The notes below the pieces were generated by a model. That model worked only from the letters and a program-made list of their open reading frames with translations, had not been told where the DNA came from and ran no database searches. The position numbers and the translations under genes are program-made. DNA of 63,331 bases, filler included, from Licmophora abbreviata (taxonomy: Eukaryota): the NCBI GenBank assembly GCA_900291995.1. It is 13 parts of 13 records of this genome, joined end to end, with 100 filler letters (N's around TTAATTAATTAA, not from the genome) between each part and the next. Parts side by side here need not be neighbours in the genome. Positions count along the whole stretch, not along the records: positions 1 to 12,159 come from OLMU01003555.1; 12 more parts are not named here. One strand, given 5' to 3'. This document shows positions 1 through 12,259 of the stretch, piece after piece (position 1 is the stretch's first letter; every line of letters starts with the position of its first letter).

Positions 1-1500
1 CTTCCCACCAACGCGCCGTCGCCACTCAATCCAAAAACAAATTCCCCAACTGCATCAGCTGAAACCGTGGACTTAGAATCGACTTCATTACTGTGGAAGT
101 ATCCCTTGTCGCAGGGTCCTTCTGTCAAGGCCAACGCGACCTTTCTTATTTCAAGTTCCTCTGGTAGTGACGACTGCGTCTGCGACCTAATATCCGTCGA
201 CTGCTTGAATTCCGTACGGTGTCTTCCAAAAACGCGTCACGATGCACAACAGACCATGACACTGGGGATACTGATACGACAACGTATGAAGGAAAAGGCG
301 GAAATTACTTCAGAAGACGAAGGCTGGGGCAACTCGCCAGTCGGAAAGGGATTGCAGTATGTTGCGATTGCTGCTTGGAAGCAGTGGATTCATGAGAACA
401 AGCTCCCTTCACACTTTCGTCGGCATCGGTCGATCTTTGTCAATGAAACGCTTTACAAACCTTGCGAGGAGAATGATTACAACGGAAAAACATGCTTCTT
501 TGACAATGTGAATGCAGTGGAAGACGTTCATGAGTTGGAAGAAGTTGCCATGAAGGCAGAGTCGAAGCCGCTACTACCAAAGGAAATACCGGAACTCATC
601 GAGGCTGACTTGGTGCACTTTCGCAATCAGAGCAATCATCAGGATGGCGCGAGACCACCCGCCCTCGCATATCTCTTATCCTTTGCTCATATTTCCCGCA
701 TTCGTTTCAATTTACGTCCGCACATGAAAGAAATCTACAAGCAGCGTCTTCAGTCCGTCATTCATGTTGCTCGCAAAGACACGGAAGAAGATACACCGCT
801 TCGAGTCACCTTGCATTTGAGAAGAGCCGATGCATGTGGTCACCAGCAGAAAGGATACGAGACAGAGGGGTCGAAGCTTGATAGCCCCGCGCAGACTTCA
901 GGGAAACGCAAGTGCTACGCGACTTCCGTATACTTGAATGCGCTGAATCGAACACGCGAGCTGGCCGGGAAGAAAGTTGTGGATGTGTATCTGGCTACAG
1001 ATCATGCCGGCTCTGTAATGGAGGAGATAGAAACAGACTTCAAAGAGCTGTACGATCAGGTGAACTGGTATTTCCTTGATTACTTTTCGGAGAATACATT
1101 CAAGTACGACGGCTTTGTCGAAGGCAACGGCATGGACAAGGCCAAGCAGGCGCGGTTGGGAGAGAGCGCCGTAGCGGATCTCTTTCATGCAAGTCACGGC
1201 GAAGTCTTTATCGGTCACCTTGGGTCGCGATTCGGGAAGGTTTCATGGCTACTCATGACGGCACGAAACAACCGATTTGTGCCATTCTTTTCACCGGACG
1301 GGCACAGCTATTGTTGCGAGATTGACGAGGCGTGTGCGGAAGTGAGGGAGCACATTACTGACATGGAGAACTGTATGACATTCTCGCATGAGATGGCGCG
1401 TGACATTCCAATGAATAGGTCGCCCGAAGGGTACTGGGAAGTTGGTTCGAGGAAACGACAGGAGTTTGTGAAACGACAAAGAAAAAAGACGACACAATAG
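1..1500 (+). CDS. Alpha-1,6-fucosyltransferase-like glycosyltransferase (GT23/FUT8/NodZ-like), 5'-partial
   Basis: Frame open from base 1. Motifs LHLRRADAC (H-x-R-R-x-D), VYLATD and DLFHASHGEVFIGHLGSRFG resemble the three FUT8/NodZ-type GDP-fucose binding motifs. Confidence 0.65.
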   Translation, partial: LPTNAPSPLNPKTNSPTASAETVDLESTSLLWKYPLSQGPSVKANATFLISSSSGSDDCVCDLISVDCLNSVRCLPKTRHDAQQTMTLGILIRQRMKEKAEITSEDEGWGNSPVGKGLQYVAIAAWKQWIHENKLPSHFRRHRSIFVNETLYKPCEENDYNGKTCFFDNVNAVEDVHELEEVAMKAESKPLLPKEIPELIEADLVHFRNQSNHQDGARPPALAYLLSFAHISRIRFNLRPHMKEIYKQRLQSVIHVARKDTEEDTPLRVTLHLRRADACGHQQKGYETEGSKLDSPAQTSGKRKCYATSVYLNALNRTRELAGKKVVDVYLATDHAGSVMEEIETDFKELYDQVNWYFLDYFSENTFKYDGFVEGNGMDKAKQARLGESAVADLFHASHGEVFIGHLGSRFGKVSWLLMTARNNRFVPFFSPDGHSYCCEIDEACAEVREHITDMENCMTFSHEMARDIPMNRSPEGYWEVGSRKRQEFVKRQRKKTTQ

Positions 1501-2173
1501 ATCAATGTTGCAGCTACTTGCTTACTTTCGCTAGAGAGAGCTCTCTAGTAGAGATTGGTAGTAGTGTTGAGCTCATCAGTAGATCGAACGGAAAGCGCAA
1601 GATCCTGGAAGGCGGTCTTTATGCTGGTTGGACACGGCAGAGCATGTGCTAGAGGCGGATCAAAAGATAGCTCGAGGTGGTCACGCGAGAGAAGATCTGG
1701 AACGAGCTGCGTCCTTTTGTCAGTTGCGGCTGGCCCATCAAGTTTGGCGACTCAGTTCAGGACAGTAGCCGCTACATACAACACTTTTTGGCCGCGCTTT
1801 TGGACAACATGGGAAGACGGCGAGAAGAAAAGGAGAGAACTAGGACACGACCAGGTGCTTGCTTTGCAGCTCATAGAGATCGCATACTAGCCAATCCTCG
1901 AAGCTTGTACATCACTACTCTGCAAACTAAGATTCTCTCCGACCATCTATACGGCAACGGACACGCGCTTTCTGACCAGACGAATGCGTCGTATACGGTA
2001 GAAAAGCTAGGAAAGAACATCATAAGTGAAAAGCAGAGCTCAACCAGAGTATTGTATGATACCAGTAGGCTAAGCATTACGTTCTTAGGTGGGTCAGTCA
2101 GCCGAGCACAAATCAACAAACAGACAGAACATCTTTCCTCATTGATCCGCCGGCCGGTCCATCCCCGTTCCGC

Positions 2174-2977
2174 TTAACGGTTACTCTTACTGACACGTTC
2201 GATTTCATCCTTCTTCTTGATGGCATAACTGTTGGACGATCCACGAGCCGCATTGATGAGCTCCTCGGCCAGGCACTCCGCCATGGTTTTCAAGTTTCGA
2301 AAGCTGGCTTCACGGGCGCCCGTAGCCAACAAATACAAAGCATAGTTGACACGACGGAACGGACTCATGTCGACAGCCTGTCGACGAACCACGCCGGCAC
2401 CACCAACACGCGTCGAGTCCTCTCGTGGTCCACTGTTGATAATGGCATCGACCACAACCTGAACTGGGTTTTGGTCCGTGAGGAGATGAATAATTTCGAG
2501 GGTGTGCTGAATGATACGACAAGCCATGAGCTTCTTTCCCGAGTTACGACCCTTCTTCATCAGGCAGCAAGCGAGACGCTCCACAATGGGACAGGAGGCC
2601 TTGCGGAAGCGTTTTTTCTGGTATCGTCCGGCCGTGTGCGGAAGGTACGTTGCATGGTCTCCCTTGCAAGCAATGTAGTCCTAAAGGGAAGACAGAATGA
2701 ATCAGCGTGAGCAAAGCATGTCTCCAAGGCTTCTCTGGTTACTATAGATCCATCCGCATCCTCCCGTAGACCGCCGTCCCAACAACAGGCTCGCCCAGTC
2801 AACACTCACCACCAGAGAAATGTCGCGAATCTCAATGTCGTCAAACGACCATTTTCCAAAGAGTTTCACTTCCGTGGCTCCGACAACAGGAACAAACTCC
2901 TCCTCCTCTTCTTCCACGACCTCCTCGGTTTCCTCTTCGACCTCGGCGGGGGCGATTTCTTCTTCGACGTCGGCCAT
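2174..2977 (-). CDS. RPS5: 40S ribosomal protein S5 (uS7); exons 2977-2810 and 2680-2174
   Basis: [25 protein letters not shown]...[22 protein letters not shown]...[10 protein letters not shown]...[25 protein letters not shown] intron 2809-2681 joins in frame. Acidic N-terminal extension. Confidence 0.97.
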
Positions 2978-3412
2978 GGTCAAGATTGCTTCTGGGTCAG
3001 GTGCTATGTCCAGCAGCCGTCCATTCGAAAAACAGCCTTACCGCTTACTCGAATTTCATACTGGAATGAGCACGTAGAAACTTCCGTTCATATGGGAATC
3101 AGGAATGTTGGAAGGCCATACAGACATACGGCCAATATTGAATATGGTGCGTTACGTCAGCCAACCGAGATTCCCGGTGACGTGTTTGGGTTTGGCGCGA
3201 AGGATTCGTGGTCGAAGGAAGCCAAATTCAAGCGTTCGGAGAACTCTCAAATCTTTGCTGTGTTGTTGTGGCACGATGGACCATATGATCTCAAACAGCT
3301 AGGAATATGGTGCATACGTACGAGAATCGAGGCACCGAAAAAGATATGAAGCTGCACATCCCGTTCATTTCCCTTACCGGTCACTTTTTGTTCCTTCTAA
3401 CACCGTGCAAAG

Positions 3413-4944
3413 ATGAAGTTTACCTCCGCCGTTGTCCTTGCCCTTGCCGCCACGGTCAGCACTACTGCTGCCTTCGCCCCGGCTCGTAAGTTGAACAGTG
3501 ATTTGAAAGTTCGAGTCGCCCTGTCGGGACTCTTGTCATTGCTTTCTCGTCACACGTAAACTCCAGCACTCACACCGGTTCTTTCGTACCTGATAAATAA
3601 CGTTCTCATCAGGCACCTTCGGTGTGCGCACGGCTGCCCCCGCCTCTTTGCTGGAACTTGAGGCCAAAAAGTCAATTGAGGATTTGGCGGATGCCGACCT
3701 CAAGGGAAAGAAGGTCCTCGTCCGTTGCGACGTGAATGTCCCCCTTGACGGAAAGAAGATCACTGACGACACTCGTATCCGCTCTTCCATCCCCACGATT
3801 GAATACCTTAAGGGCAAGGGTGCCATTGTCACCGTCTGCTCGCACTTGGGACGCCCCAAGGATGGTCCCGAGGACAAGTTCTCCCTTGGTCCTTGTGCCG
3901 AACGTATGAGTGAGCTTCTTGGACAGGATGTCAAGCTCGCCCCTGATTGCATCGGTGACGAGGTCACCAAGATTGTCGACGCCGCCGAGGAAGGCGATGT
4001 TATCATGCTCGAGAACACCCGATTCTACAAGGAAGAGGAGAAGAACGAGGCCGACTTTGTGGAGAAGCTTGCGGCTCCTTTTGACTTGTACGTCAACGAC
4101 GCCTTCGGCACGGCCCACCGTGCCCACGCGTCCACCGAGGGCGTGACCAAGTTCTTGCAGCCGTCCGTTTCGGGATTCTTGCTTGCTAAGGAGTTGGAAT
4201 ACCTTGATGGTGCTGTCCAGAGTGGCAAGAAGCCCATGGCTGCCATTGTTGGTGGATCCAAGGTTTCCTCCAAGATTACCGTCTTGGAAGCTCTCCTTGA
4301 CAAGTGTGACAAGATCATTGTCGGAGGTGGCATGGTCTTCACCTTCTTGAAGGCCAAGGGACTTCCCGTAGGTACTTCTCTCGTCGAAGATGATTTCGTA
4401 GACACCGCCAAGGATGTCATGGACAAGGCCGAAAAGCTCGGAAAGGAGATTATTCTTCCGGTCGACATTGTCGTCGCCGATGCCTTCGACAAGGATGCCA
4501 ACACCCAGGTTGTCTCCGCCGATGAGATCCCCGACGGGTGGATGGGACTTGACAATGGCCCCAAGAGCACAGCAGCACAGAAGGAGGCCCTCAGTGACTG
4601 CAAGACAAGTAAGTGGAACCGAATAAGACGTTGAAGCTTCTCATGACGACCGGCTTATCTCACCTCCTTATCTCGCTTTCCAATCTATAGTCATCATGAA
4701 CGGACCTCTTGGTGTGTTTGAGTTTGAGAAGTTCGCCGCTGGAACCATGGGAATTGTTGACATCTTGGCCGATCTCACCAAGGATGGAGCTGTCACCATT
4801 ATCGGAGGAGGAGACTCGGTCGCTGCCACAGAACAGAGCGGACGTGCCGGTGAGATGTCCCACATCTCCACGGGAGGAGGCGCTTCGCTGGAGCTCCTCG
4901 AGGGCAAGGTCCTTCCCGGAGTCGCCGCTCTTAACGAGAAATAA
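3413..4944 (+). CDS. PGK: Plastid-targeted phosphoglycerate kinase; exons 3413-3485, 3613-4608, 4691-4944
   Basis: Exon 1 encodes [24 protein letters not shown] (signal peptide plus AF motif). Core motifs [54 protein letters not shown]. Two GT-AG introns with matching phases. Confidence 0.97.
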
Positions 4945-5420
4945 GCGCAAACAAAGACATCGAAAAAGTCGCATGCATAAGGCACCACGAGTAAATCACT
5001 TTACCTACCTTCACTCGTCGTAGCACTTGTCGTCGTAGAAGCGGGCGCCATGATGATCCTCCTACTTTGACCCGACGAGATAACCTCTTGCTTGCAAGCA
5101 CTTATTGATGTCGCTCGACACCTTCCCTTGAAAAGCACACGGCAATCAGTGCATCGTTCAATCGGCAGAATCTTGACACTGCAAGCAGGCGTGCGTTTGA
5201 ACGTCTATTCGTGTTTTGTTGCATACGGAGTAGCTGTCGAGTGCGAGCTACGAGCTGGCGGTGCTATTCAACCAACCTACCACCAAGCAAACGCTTTTAC
5301 CATTCGACATGCAACATTATTATTATTTTTAACTTATTTGTAGTCGGTTTTGTATCTCAACGACTTTCTTCTGTCGAGAATATCACTCCACACCTGCCGT
5401 TGGTACAATATAAGGTGTGC

Positions 5421-8400
5421 CTAGACAAGCTCCAACTCTTGCCTTTCCTTTCCTGCTCCCTTTGGAGATTTGTAAGGTATATCACTAACCGCCTTGTCCT
5501 GTTCCTCCAACAAAATCAAGCGCAGTCGCTGGCTTCGATTCTCACGATAATACCAGATCATTCCAAGCAGCATGATAGCAATGATGCCGATCCATGCCAC
5601 CAAGTTGAGAACAAGCGCATTGTAGGGCTCTACACCTTCTTCCACATTATCTCCATGCTCTTCTCGGTAGTCGTCCCATGCCGACTCGACGTATACGTTG
5701 ATGCTTAGTAGGATTGCGTCGAACGTACCATGAAGAACAACAGCCGGGAGGATAATACGACCCACACCGATGCGATGGCTATTGTCGTCGCCGCATTCGA
5801 CAAACTTGCGAATCATGTTGATGCTCTGCATGGCAGCTGATAGAGCGTGAATCGGAAAGACCGATCGGAAGAATAGCACAATCCACTCTTGCAGGATTCC
5901 GGATCCGTCGCCAGATGACGCGGTGCCGCCAAAAATGAAGACGTAGAGAAAATTCTCGGCACAGGCCAGTCCGACGGCGACGCTGATCATGCCGGTAGTA
6001 ATGGCCATTGCCTTTTGGCGGAAGGTGCGAGCGTCGCTCTCATCTTCAAAGAACTCGTCTTCTGTCTTGGCGCTACGCATCGACGTTGAGTAGTCGTCGC
6101 CTTCGCGATGTTTCTTGCTGCGCTTCAAATGAATGTTCCGATGGGAGTATTCCGAACCAAAGGAGTTGGCCCGATTCAACTCACTTACTTGATGACCACC
6201 ATAGGGATAATTGACAAGGCCACCTTGAACAGCACTTTCGTCCTGGGCTTTTCGGTCCAAGCCCGTCAAGAAGATGAGGTCGGGGTGCTCAACACTGCGA
6301 AACGTGTAGTACTTGCAAAGTTCCTCCGTGACAGCGGCGACAACGTATGCATTGATCAGCTCGCCCACCATCCAAATAGACCTATAATGTGTGACGACCC
6401 AGTCACCAAAGGCTTCGCCTCGAATCATCTCCGCAACCATATAGATCCAGTACGAGATTGCCAAGATCATGTTCACCAAGAGACCTTCAAAAATGAAGGC
6501 GGCCGGTGCCGCCATCAAGAATCCCGCAGCAAAGAACTTGATGACGGCGTCTAGACTCAAGTCGCTTTTGTGAAAGATCCAAAAGACAACGTAAAGAACA
6601 AGGAAGCTCTGCGCGAACGTGGCAGTGAGTACAATCGCATCGTTCCACGAAAACGAGGCTCTGGGATTGAAGACGAGCGTCAGCAAAATCGCCAGGAAGG
6701 TACACGAGAAGCCCACCAAGATGATCCTGCTCAACTGACTGAGCGCATGCCAGTGGGGTGAAATGCCCACCTTGCGTCGCATCTTGCCGAGCCATCCTCG
6801 TCGCAGATCGTTGACATTCCTCTGGTAATCAGAAAACGGCTGAAGAGTAATAAAATCAATGCGCTGGTACTTGGGAGGCACCAATACCCGCATCTCCCTC
6901 GCTTCCTGTGCCAGCGCACAAATACTCATACACTGGAACCAGCATTTGCAGACACATCCACAACACATCGCCATCAGGCAGCTAAAACCTCTGGACACAC
7001 AGTCCCCATGCTGTCGCTTCTTCTTGGTTCCAAACAACGAGAAGCCATTCGCCGAATCTTGCACTTGGAACTCCTCTTCTTCTTCAACCTCCTCAATCGG
7101 CGGATCCACCGGATAGCATCCAAGCAACGTGTGACCACACGCTCCCTGATACTGATCTTCCCGCGTCGATTGCGTCTTGCTCAAGTGAGAGGCATTGTAC
7201 AAGTGATCCTCTTGAGCTCGTGCGCGTGCGATGGCATATCGCGTACGCATGCGACGACGGCGTCCCACAACACCCAAGACAATAAAAAACGTCAAGACCA
7301 ATCCCGTTCGAATGTGAGCACCAATCGCACCGTCGTCGCGGTTGCCGTTGGACCAGTCCTGCTCGCTGCTACTCGAGTCATCCTCGGGCTTATCATTGCT
7401 CTCGTTGTTGCTGGACGATGAAGACGAGTAAGACGAAGAATACGAAGAAGAAGACGAGGACGACGAGTCGTCGTTGTAGCTGCTGCTGTAGGTGGAGGAC
7501 GACGATGAGTAGGACGAGGACGACGACGACGAGTCGGACCCAGAAGAGTCGTCAGTGCCGAGGGCTCGATCGCTCATTGTAGCCCAGTCATCGTCTTTGA
7601 CGTCATCACTGCGATCCCATTCATCTCGTACAAATTCCAACAAGGGCCTCCAAAACAAGTCTTGAGCATCCCGCAATTTGCAAATGCCATGGAACTTGTG
7701 GTCGTGATGATGATCGCTTGTCGTTGTTCTCGCAGTATCATGCAACCATCGGTTGTTGTTGTCATTGTTGCGGTTGGTACCATCGTCGTTGGGGTAGTTG
7801 TAAATGTATCCGTCATAGTCATCCCCATTCTCATATAGATCATGGTAGTAATCATCATCGTAGGGATTGTAGTCTTCCTCCGTTTCGTCTTCTGCAAATT
7901 CATCCACATAATGTCCGTGACCAAAGCCCCACACCACAAAGGTCGTAGCAATCAAAAACCATGTAATGAGAAGAGCAATGGCCAACACGTTGGAAGGTTT
8001 CGCATTGCGATTGTTGCTGCGTCCAGTAGAGGACGTCGGTGAGGTCGGTTCACCACCGCCACGTCGATCGTTGCGTACTTGCAACAAGTGTTCCGTCCGA
8101 TGACTAAGTAGCAATCCAAAGCATCCCATGGCGGCACAGACGAGACTCTCGTCGAGAAAGAGAGACTTGACGGAAGTACTGAAGCCACGATATCGCTTGA
8201 CGGCAGGTGTAGCAGTAGTTGGATCTTCTTCGTCATCGTCGTCACCCTCCTCATCTCTTCGTCTCTGACTCATTGTACTGACACGCGATTGATAAGAGTC
8301 ATCGTCTGAACTGACATCGTCGGAGTAAAAGAGACGCGAGGAGGGGGTGCGTGGTAGGAGATTCTTTTTCTTGTCGTTGTTGTTCTTTGTAGTGTTGGTG

Positions 8401-8831
8401 TTGCGCGTCGTGGAAGCATGCTGATTCGTACTACTACCCGTAGTAGTCGTCGTAAAGACACTGCTGCTTACAACACTGGAAGTCGCTCTGTCGCGTCGAA
8501 AGAGTGTTGAGATGCCTGCTGTCAAATTGTGAAATGGAGAAGAGGAAGCTGTAGTCGTGGCAGTACTACCGGGTGGCATGTTGCTATCCGCAGTATAACT
8601 GCTCGCTCCAGCAACGCTATCGACAATGTCACCGCCGCCATCGGCAATAATATCACTCATGTCGCTGATGCTCTCATTGTTTCGGTTGTCGAGGGGCACA
8701 GTGGGTGGCAAGTAGTTACTATTGCCGCTTCCGGAGCGACCCTGCGGAGACTCATCCGGTCGACGCCGTCCCCAGCGACGACTGCCGCTGCTATTCAACG
8801 GATCTTTTTTGCGACCAAAAGAGGATGGCAT
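5421..8831 (-). CDS. Large membrane protein with C-terminal PrsW-family intramembrane metalloprotease domain and Cys-rich PLAC8-like segments
   Basis: 1136-aa ORF. VTEELCKY (EExxK), GLACAEN (xxxEN), HAL and LHGTFD (HxxxD) motifs lie in a multi-TM C-terminal half. CCGCVCKCWFQCMSICALAQEAREM resembles the PLAC8 C-terminal motif. Confidence 0.75.
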   Translation of the reverse strand: MPSSFGRKKDPLNSSGSRRWGRRRPDESPQGRSGSGNSNYLPPTVPLDNRNNESISDMSDIIADGGGDIVDSVAGASSYTADSNMPPGSTATTTASSSPFHNLTAGISTLFRRDRATSSVVSSSVFTTTTTGSSTNQHASTTRNTNTTKNNNDKKKNLLPRTPSSRLFYSDDVSSDDDSYQSRVSTMSQRRRDEEGDDDDEEDPTTATPAVKRYRGFSTSVKSLFLDESLVCAAMGCFGLLLSHRTEHLLQVRNDRRGGGEPTSPTSSTGRSNNRNAKPSNVLAIALLITWFLIATTFVVWGFGHGHYVDEFAEDETEEDYNPYDDDYYHDLYENGDDYDGYIYNYPNDDGTNRNNDNNNRWLHDTARTTTSDHHHDHKFHGICKLRDAQDLFWRPLLEFVRDEWDRSDDVKDDDWATMSDRALGTDDSSGSDSSSSSSSYSSSSSTYSSSYNDDSSSSSSSSYSSSYSSSSSSNNESNDKPEDDSSSSEQDWSNGNRDDGAIGAHIRTGLVLTFFIVLGVVGRRRRMRTRYAIARARAQEDHLYNASHLSKTQSTREDQYQGACGHTLLGCYPVDPPIEEVEEEEEFQVQDSANGFSLFGTKKKRQHGDCVSRGFSCLMAMCCGCVCKCWFQCMSICALAQEAREMRVLVPPKYQRIDFITLQPFSDYQRNVNDLRRGWLGKMRRKVGISPHWHALSQLSRIILVGFSCTFLAILLTLVFNPRASFSWNDAIVLTATFAQSFLVLYVVFWIFHKSDLSLDAVIKFFAAGFLMAAPAAFIFEGLLVNMILAISYWIYMVAEMIRGEAFGDWVVTHYRSIWMVGELINAYVVAAVTEELCKYYTFRSVEHPDLIFLTGLDRKAQDESAVQGGLVNYPYGGHQVSELNRANSFGSEYSHRNIHLKRSKKHREGDDYSTSMRSAKTEDEFFEDESDARTFRQKAMAITTGMISVAVGLACAENFLYVFIFGGTASSGDGSGILQEWIVLFFRSVFPIHALSAAMQSINMIRKFVECGDDNSHRIGVGRIILPAVVLHGTFDAILLSINVYVESAWDDYREEHGDNVEEGVEPYNALVLNLVAWIGIIAIMLLGMIWYYRENRSQRLRLILLEEQDKAVSDIPYKSPKGAGKERQELELV

Positions 8832-9493
8832 GGTCGTGGATTGAACGCAAGCAAGCGATCAAAAGAAACACAAGAAGATACTCTCTCTAACAGGTCGGGG
8901 TCGGTCCTTACAGTCTGGATTGTGGGTTGTTGTGCTTTTGGTTTGCCTTTTTCGTGTTGATGCGGCTCGCCGAATTTGGATTTGCAGATCTTTGGTTTGG
9001 ATACCACAATGACAGAAATCCGTGTATAAGTAGCCATACAACATTAAATAATTTCAACGGATATACTATATGTCATTCTGTTATTTCAAACCTAAGCTAC
9101 TTACATTGGATCGCATCAATGGCTAAATAATCATATCCCCTGTGGCGAAACCTCGAGCACGCGCGCCGCGACTCATGGAAGGCCAATCATTCAATGGTCT
9201 AAATATATTAATAAAAATACACCTTCGCTGGCTCTTGCCGCCCCGCGTGTGTTTCGTGTGGCTAAACTTGAATCAAAATTCAACCAAAATCAAGCGGGAG
9301 CACGCCGTGCATCAGCATAACCTCTACATAAATAACAAGCATCTATCTCCCTTGTTGTTGTAGTTGTACTTGTGACACAGCGTGACAGCAACTGGTCTCG
9401 TGAAGGTCCTGCATCCCCGCTACGCTAGCTCAAAGGCACAGAGTAGAAGTAACGGGACGGCTCGTAGATAGCCGACGTTCTCTTTTCATCAAG

Positions 9494-12159
9494 ATGAGTG
9501 GAAGTACTTCGAAAAAGAGAAGTCATCACGACACTATTGCTGCGACTCCGCACCTTTCAGACAATGACGACGAGCATCATCGGACCGACACTACGAATCG
9601 CAGTCACAACACGGATTCATTTTCCGACGATGACGACGAGGCACACACCATGCAAGTTTGTGCCGGCTGCGATCGTGCCATTTGTTTGGCATGTCATGAA
9701 TTGGAAAAAGGAAACAATGGTGAACCCGCTCTCCTTCCTTGCTCTTGCTGTCACACGACCTATCAATCCCAACAGCAACAAGACTCGGACAACGAAGGAG
9801 TCATCGTTCCCTTGGTGGATGAGTTTTGCATGGACTGTCGGAATACTTGCAAGTTTTGCGGTAAACTGTGTTGTCCCAATTGCAGTCAGCAATGCGTCGT
9901 TGTGGCCTTGTCGTGTGTCCGGACGATAGCAAGTTTGTAATCGAGTGTTCGAATTGTCATCTTCCCTTTTGCTTGATCTGTCTGAATGTTGATGGTAGTA
10001 GCAACAGCGGCTGTCCGCAGTGTCACGCCAAACCCTCCAAGAGAATGTCCCAGTTGGCGCATTTGCGATTGAAGAGTATCGGTCGAGCATTTCAGCAGAG
10101 TGAAAGTAGTGATGATTTTGGATTGAGGAGTATGTATCGAGCATTTCGGCAGAGTGATAGAAGTAGTGATTTTGATGAGTTTGATGCGATAGTCGCCCAC
10201 GGAACCGCTACTATTCCTCATTCTTCTTCCGCTGCAAGCAACAAGATGGCGTCGTATCCAATAATACGAGATGCTGATGGTGAATCCTTGGTCGTGAAAC
10301 AGAGTGCACAAGGGACATTTTTCGTGGAGGAAACCATCATGGATCGTGATGGCGGTGGTGAGCTGAGAACTACTACTCGTACCTTTGAAGAATGGCGAAC
10401 GAGGCAAAATGATACGCCACTTGGTGTCGATGCTTCCACTACTAGCATATCGAATACACGAATTGCGATCTCGCAGAGTGAATACAAGCGACAGCAAGAG
10501 GAAGCGGATGCTGCAGCAGCGGAATTGTTGGCACAGTTGGATGAGGAAGAAATCAAGGAAGAAAAGAAAAAGAACAAAAAGAAAACCAAACGCAAGAAGA
10601 AGGATAGTGGTACCAGTAGTACAATTGGTGAGAGTGCTCGGGTGGCGGTGCAGGGGAAGGAAGACAAAGAAGTGGAAGAGAATGATGCGAACAACCCAAA
10701 GAACAGTGAAACTTCCAAAAGCAAGATGGCCATGAAGCAGAGAAAGAAAAAGGTGGCGAATCCGCAGCAAGACAACGACGACTCTCGAGACAGAGAGTTG
10801 GGGTCGACGCGGGACGAGTCGACGTCATTGATTGCAGACAACGACGAGGACCACGACACAGGATCCAAGACACCACCAGAAATGACGGAAGATTTGCAAA
10901 TCTTGTCTCACACTGCAGGGGGCAGTAAGTCGAATCAGAAAGAGGAAGACTTGCTGTGTCAGCTTGTGGAAGACGAAGATGAGCCCGGGCTGGAAAAGTT
11001 CCTGCTCGATCTCAAGGGTGTGCCTGGTAAAGGGGCTTTGCGCAAGAATGCCAAAAAGGCGCTGAAGCGCTTGGCCGCAGCGGCAGCAGTAACGGAGGAA
11101 GTAGAAGAGGAAGAGTATAATGATGTCGACGAAGAGTTCTTGGTCGATGAACAAGACGGGTCACCATTGATTCAGGTGATGTCGCGAAAGATGAATCATC
11201 ATCCATCCTCCACAACGGGTCATGTGAGTCAAAAGATAACACGTATGACGAGTACGGGACCGCGTGCCGAATGCGTCTTGAACATGTCGCCGCAGCTTGT
11301 TGGATGGGTGATTGGCAAAGGCGGAGTGCGTATACGCGACTTGATGGAAGATACGGGGACGCGGATCTGGATTGACCAAGAGTCCATGGGACAACACGAA
11401 CCGCGTGTGGTGTATATCAGTGCACCAAAACTTTCCATGGTAGATTGCGCTGTCAAGAGTATTCAAGAGTTGGTAGAAACGGCCCCTGGGAATGCATCGG
11501 TATCGTCAACGAATCATGGAGGAAAGCGGACGACCGAAAAGAAGGAAGCGACGGGGATTAAGCAAGCAGAACAGGATACCAAGAGACATGCGCCGGAACC
11601 CAAGGCGCCACTGCGGGCTGGTGGAGCCAAACAGGCGAATGTGGTACGCGAAGTACTGACTTGCGAAGGCCGATACGTGCCGCTGCTGATTGGCCGTCGC
11701 GGATGGACCATCAAGCACATCCAGGACACGACGGGAGCGCGAGTTGACATTGATCAGAGTGTGACGCCCCGTCGTATTACTGTTTCCGGATCAGAAAACG
11801 GTGTGCGCAAGGCAACCCGCATGGTTCGTGACGTGCTGAAGTATCCGCATGCGCAAAACCCCCGTGACGGAGAAGAGGCGGTTGGCACCACAGCTGGCAA
11901 GTCGATGGATTTTGCCGCTGCCGCGAAGCACCAAACGCACGCTGGTGGTTCTCCGACGTCCATTGACCCGGAGATTGTTCGAGCCAACTTTGATGTCACT
12001 GGCGGGCATACGCCTCCTCCCGCGTCGCTCATTATGACGGGAGATGCCAGGAGCACGGTCTCGGCGACATCGTCTCTTTCGTCTACACCAGAACCGTCTT
12101 CGACGAAAGCACAGCTGAAGCATGGACCTATCATGACTGATTATCAGCGAGAGCAGTAT
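9494..12159 (+). CDS. KH-domain RNA-binding protein with N-terminal Cys-rich region; apparent frameshift near 9895; truncated by gap
   Basis: Two KH GxxG loops (VGWVIGKGGVRIRDL, VPLLIGRRGWTIKHIQ). CxxC repeats continue from ORF 9494-9940 into ORF 9868 in the -1 frame. Confidence 0.75.
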
Positions 12160-12259
12160 NNNNNNNNNNNNNNNNNNNNNNNNNNNNNNNNNNNNNNNNN
12201 NNNTTAATTAATTAANNNNNNNNNNNNNNNNNNNNNNNNNNNNNNNNNNNNNNNNNNNN
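12160..12259. other. Artificial scaffold spacer, first of twelve (others start at 20863, 26608, 28726, 31109, 35315, 38030, 41388, 45607, 46927, 49842, 61489)
   Basis: Each is exactly N44-TTAATTAATTAA-N44, which places stop codons in all six frames. Confidence 0.98.

Noticed and set aside
1555..2177. ORFs of 111 and 166 aa between the fucosyltransferase-like gene and RPS5
   Set aside because: No ATG start or recognisable domain, and they run into the RPS5 3' region.
3536..4603. Long antisense ORFs over PGK (and similar ones over CPS, the carboxypeptidase and the nuclease)
   Set aside because: Shadow ORFs expected from codon bias on the coding strand.
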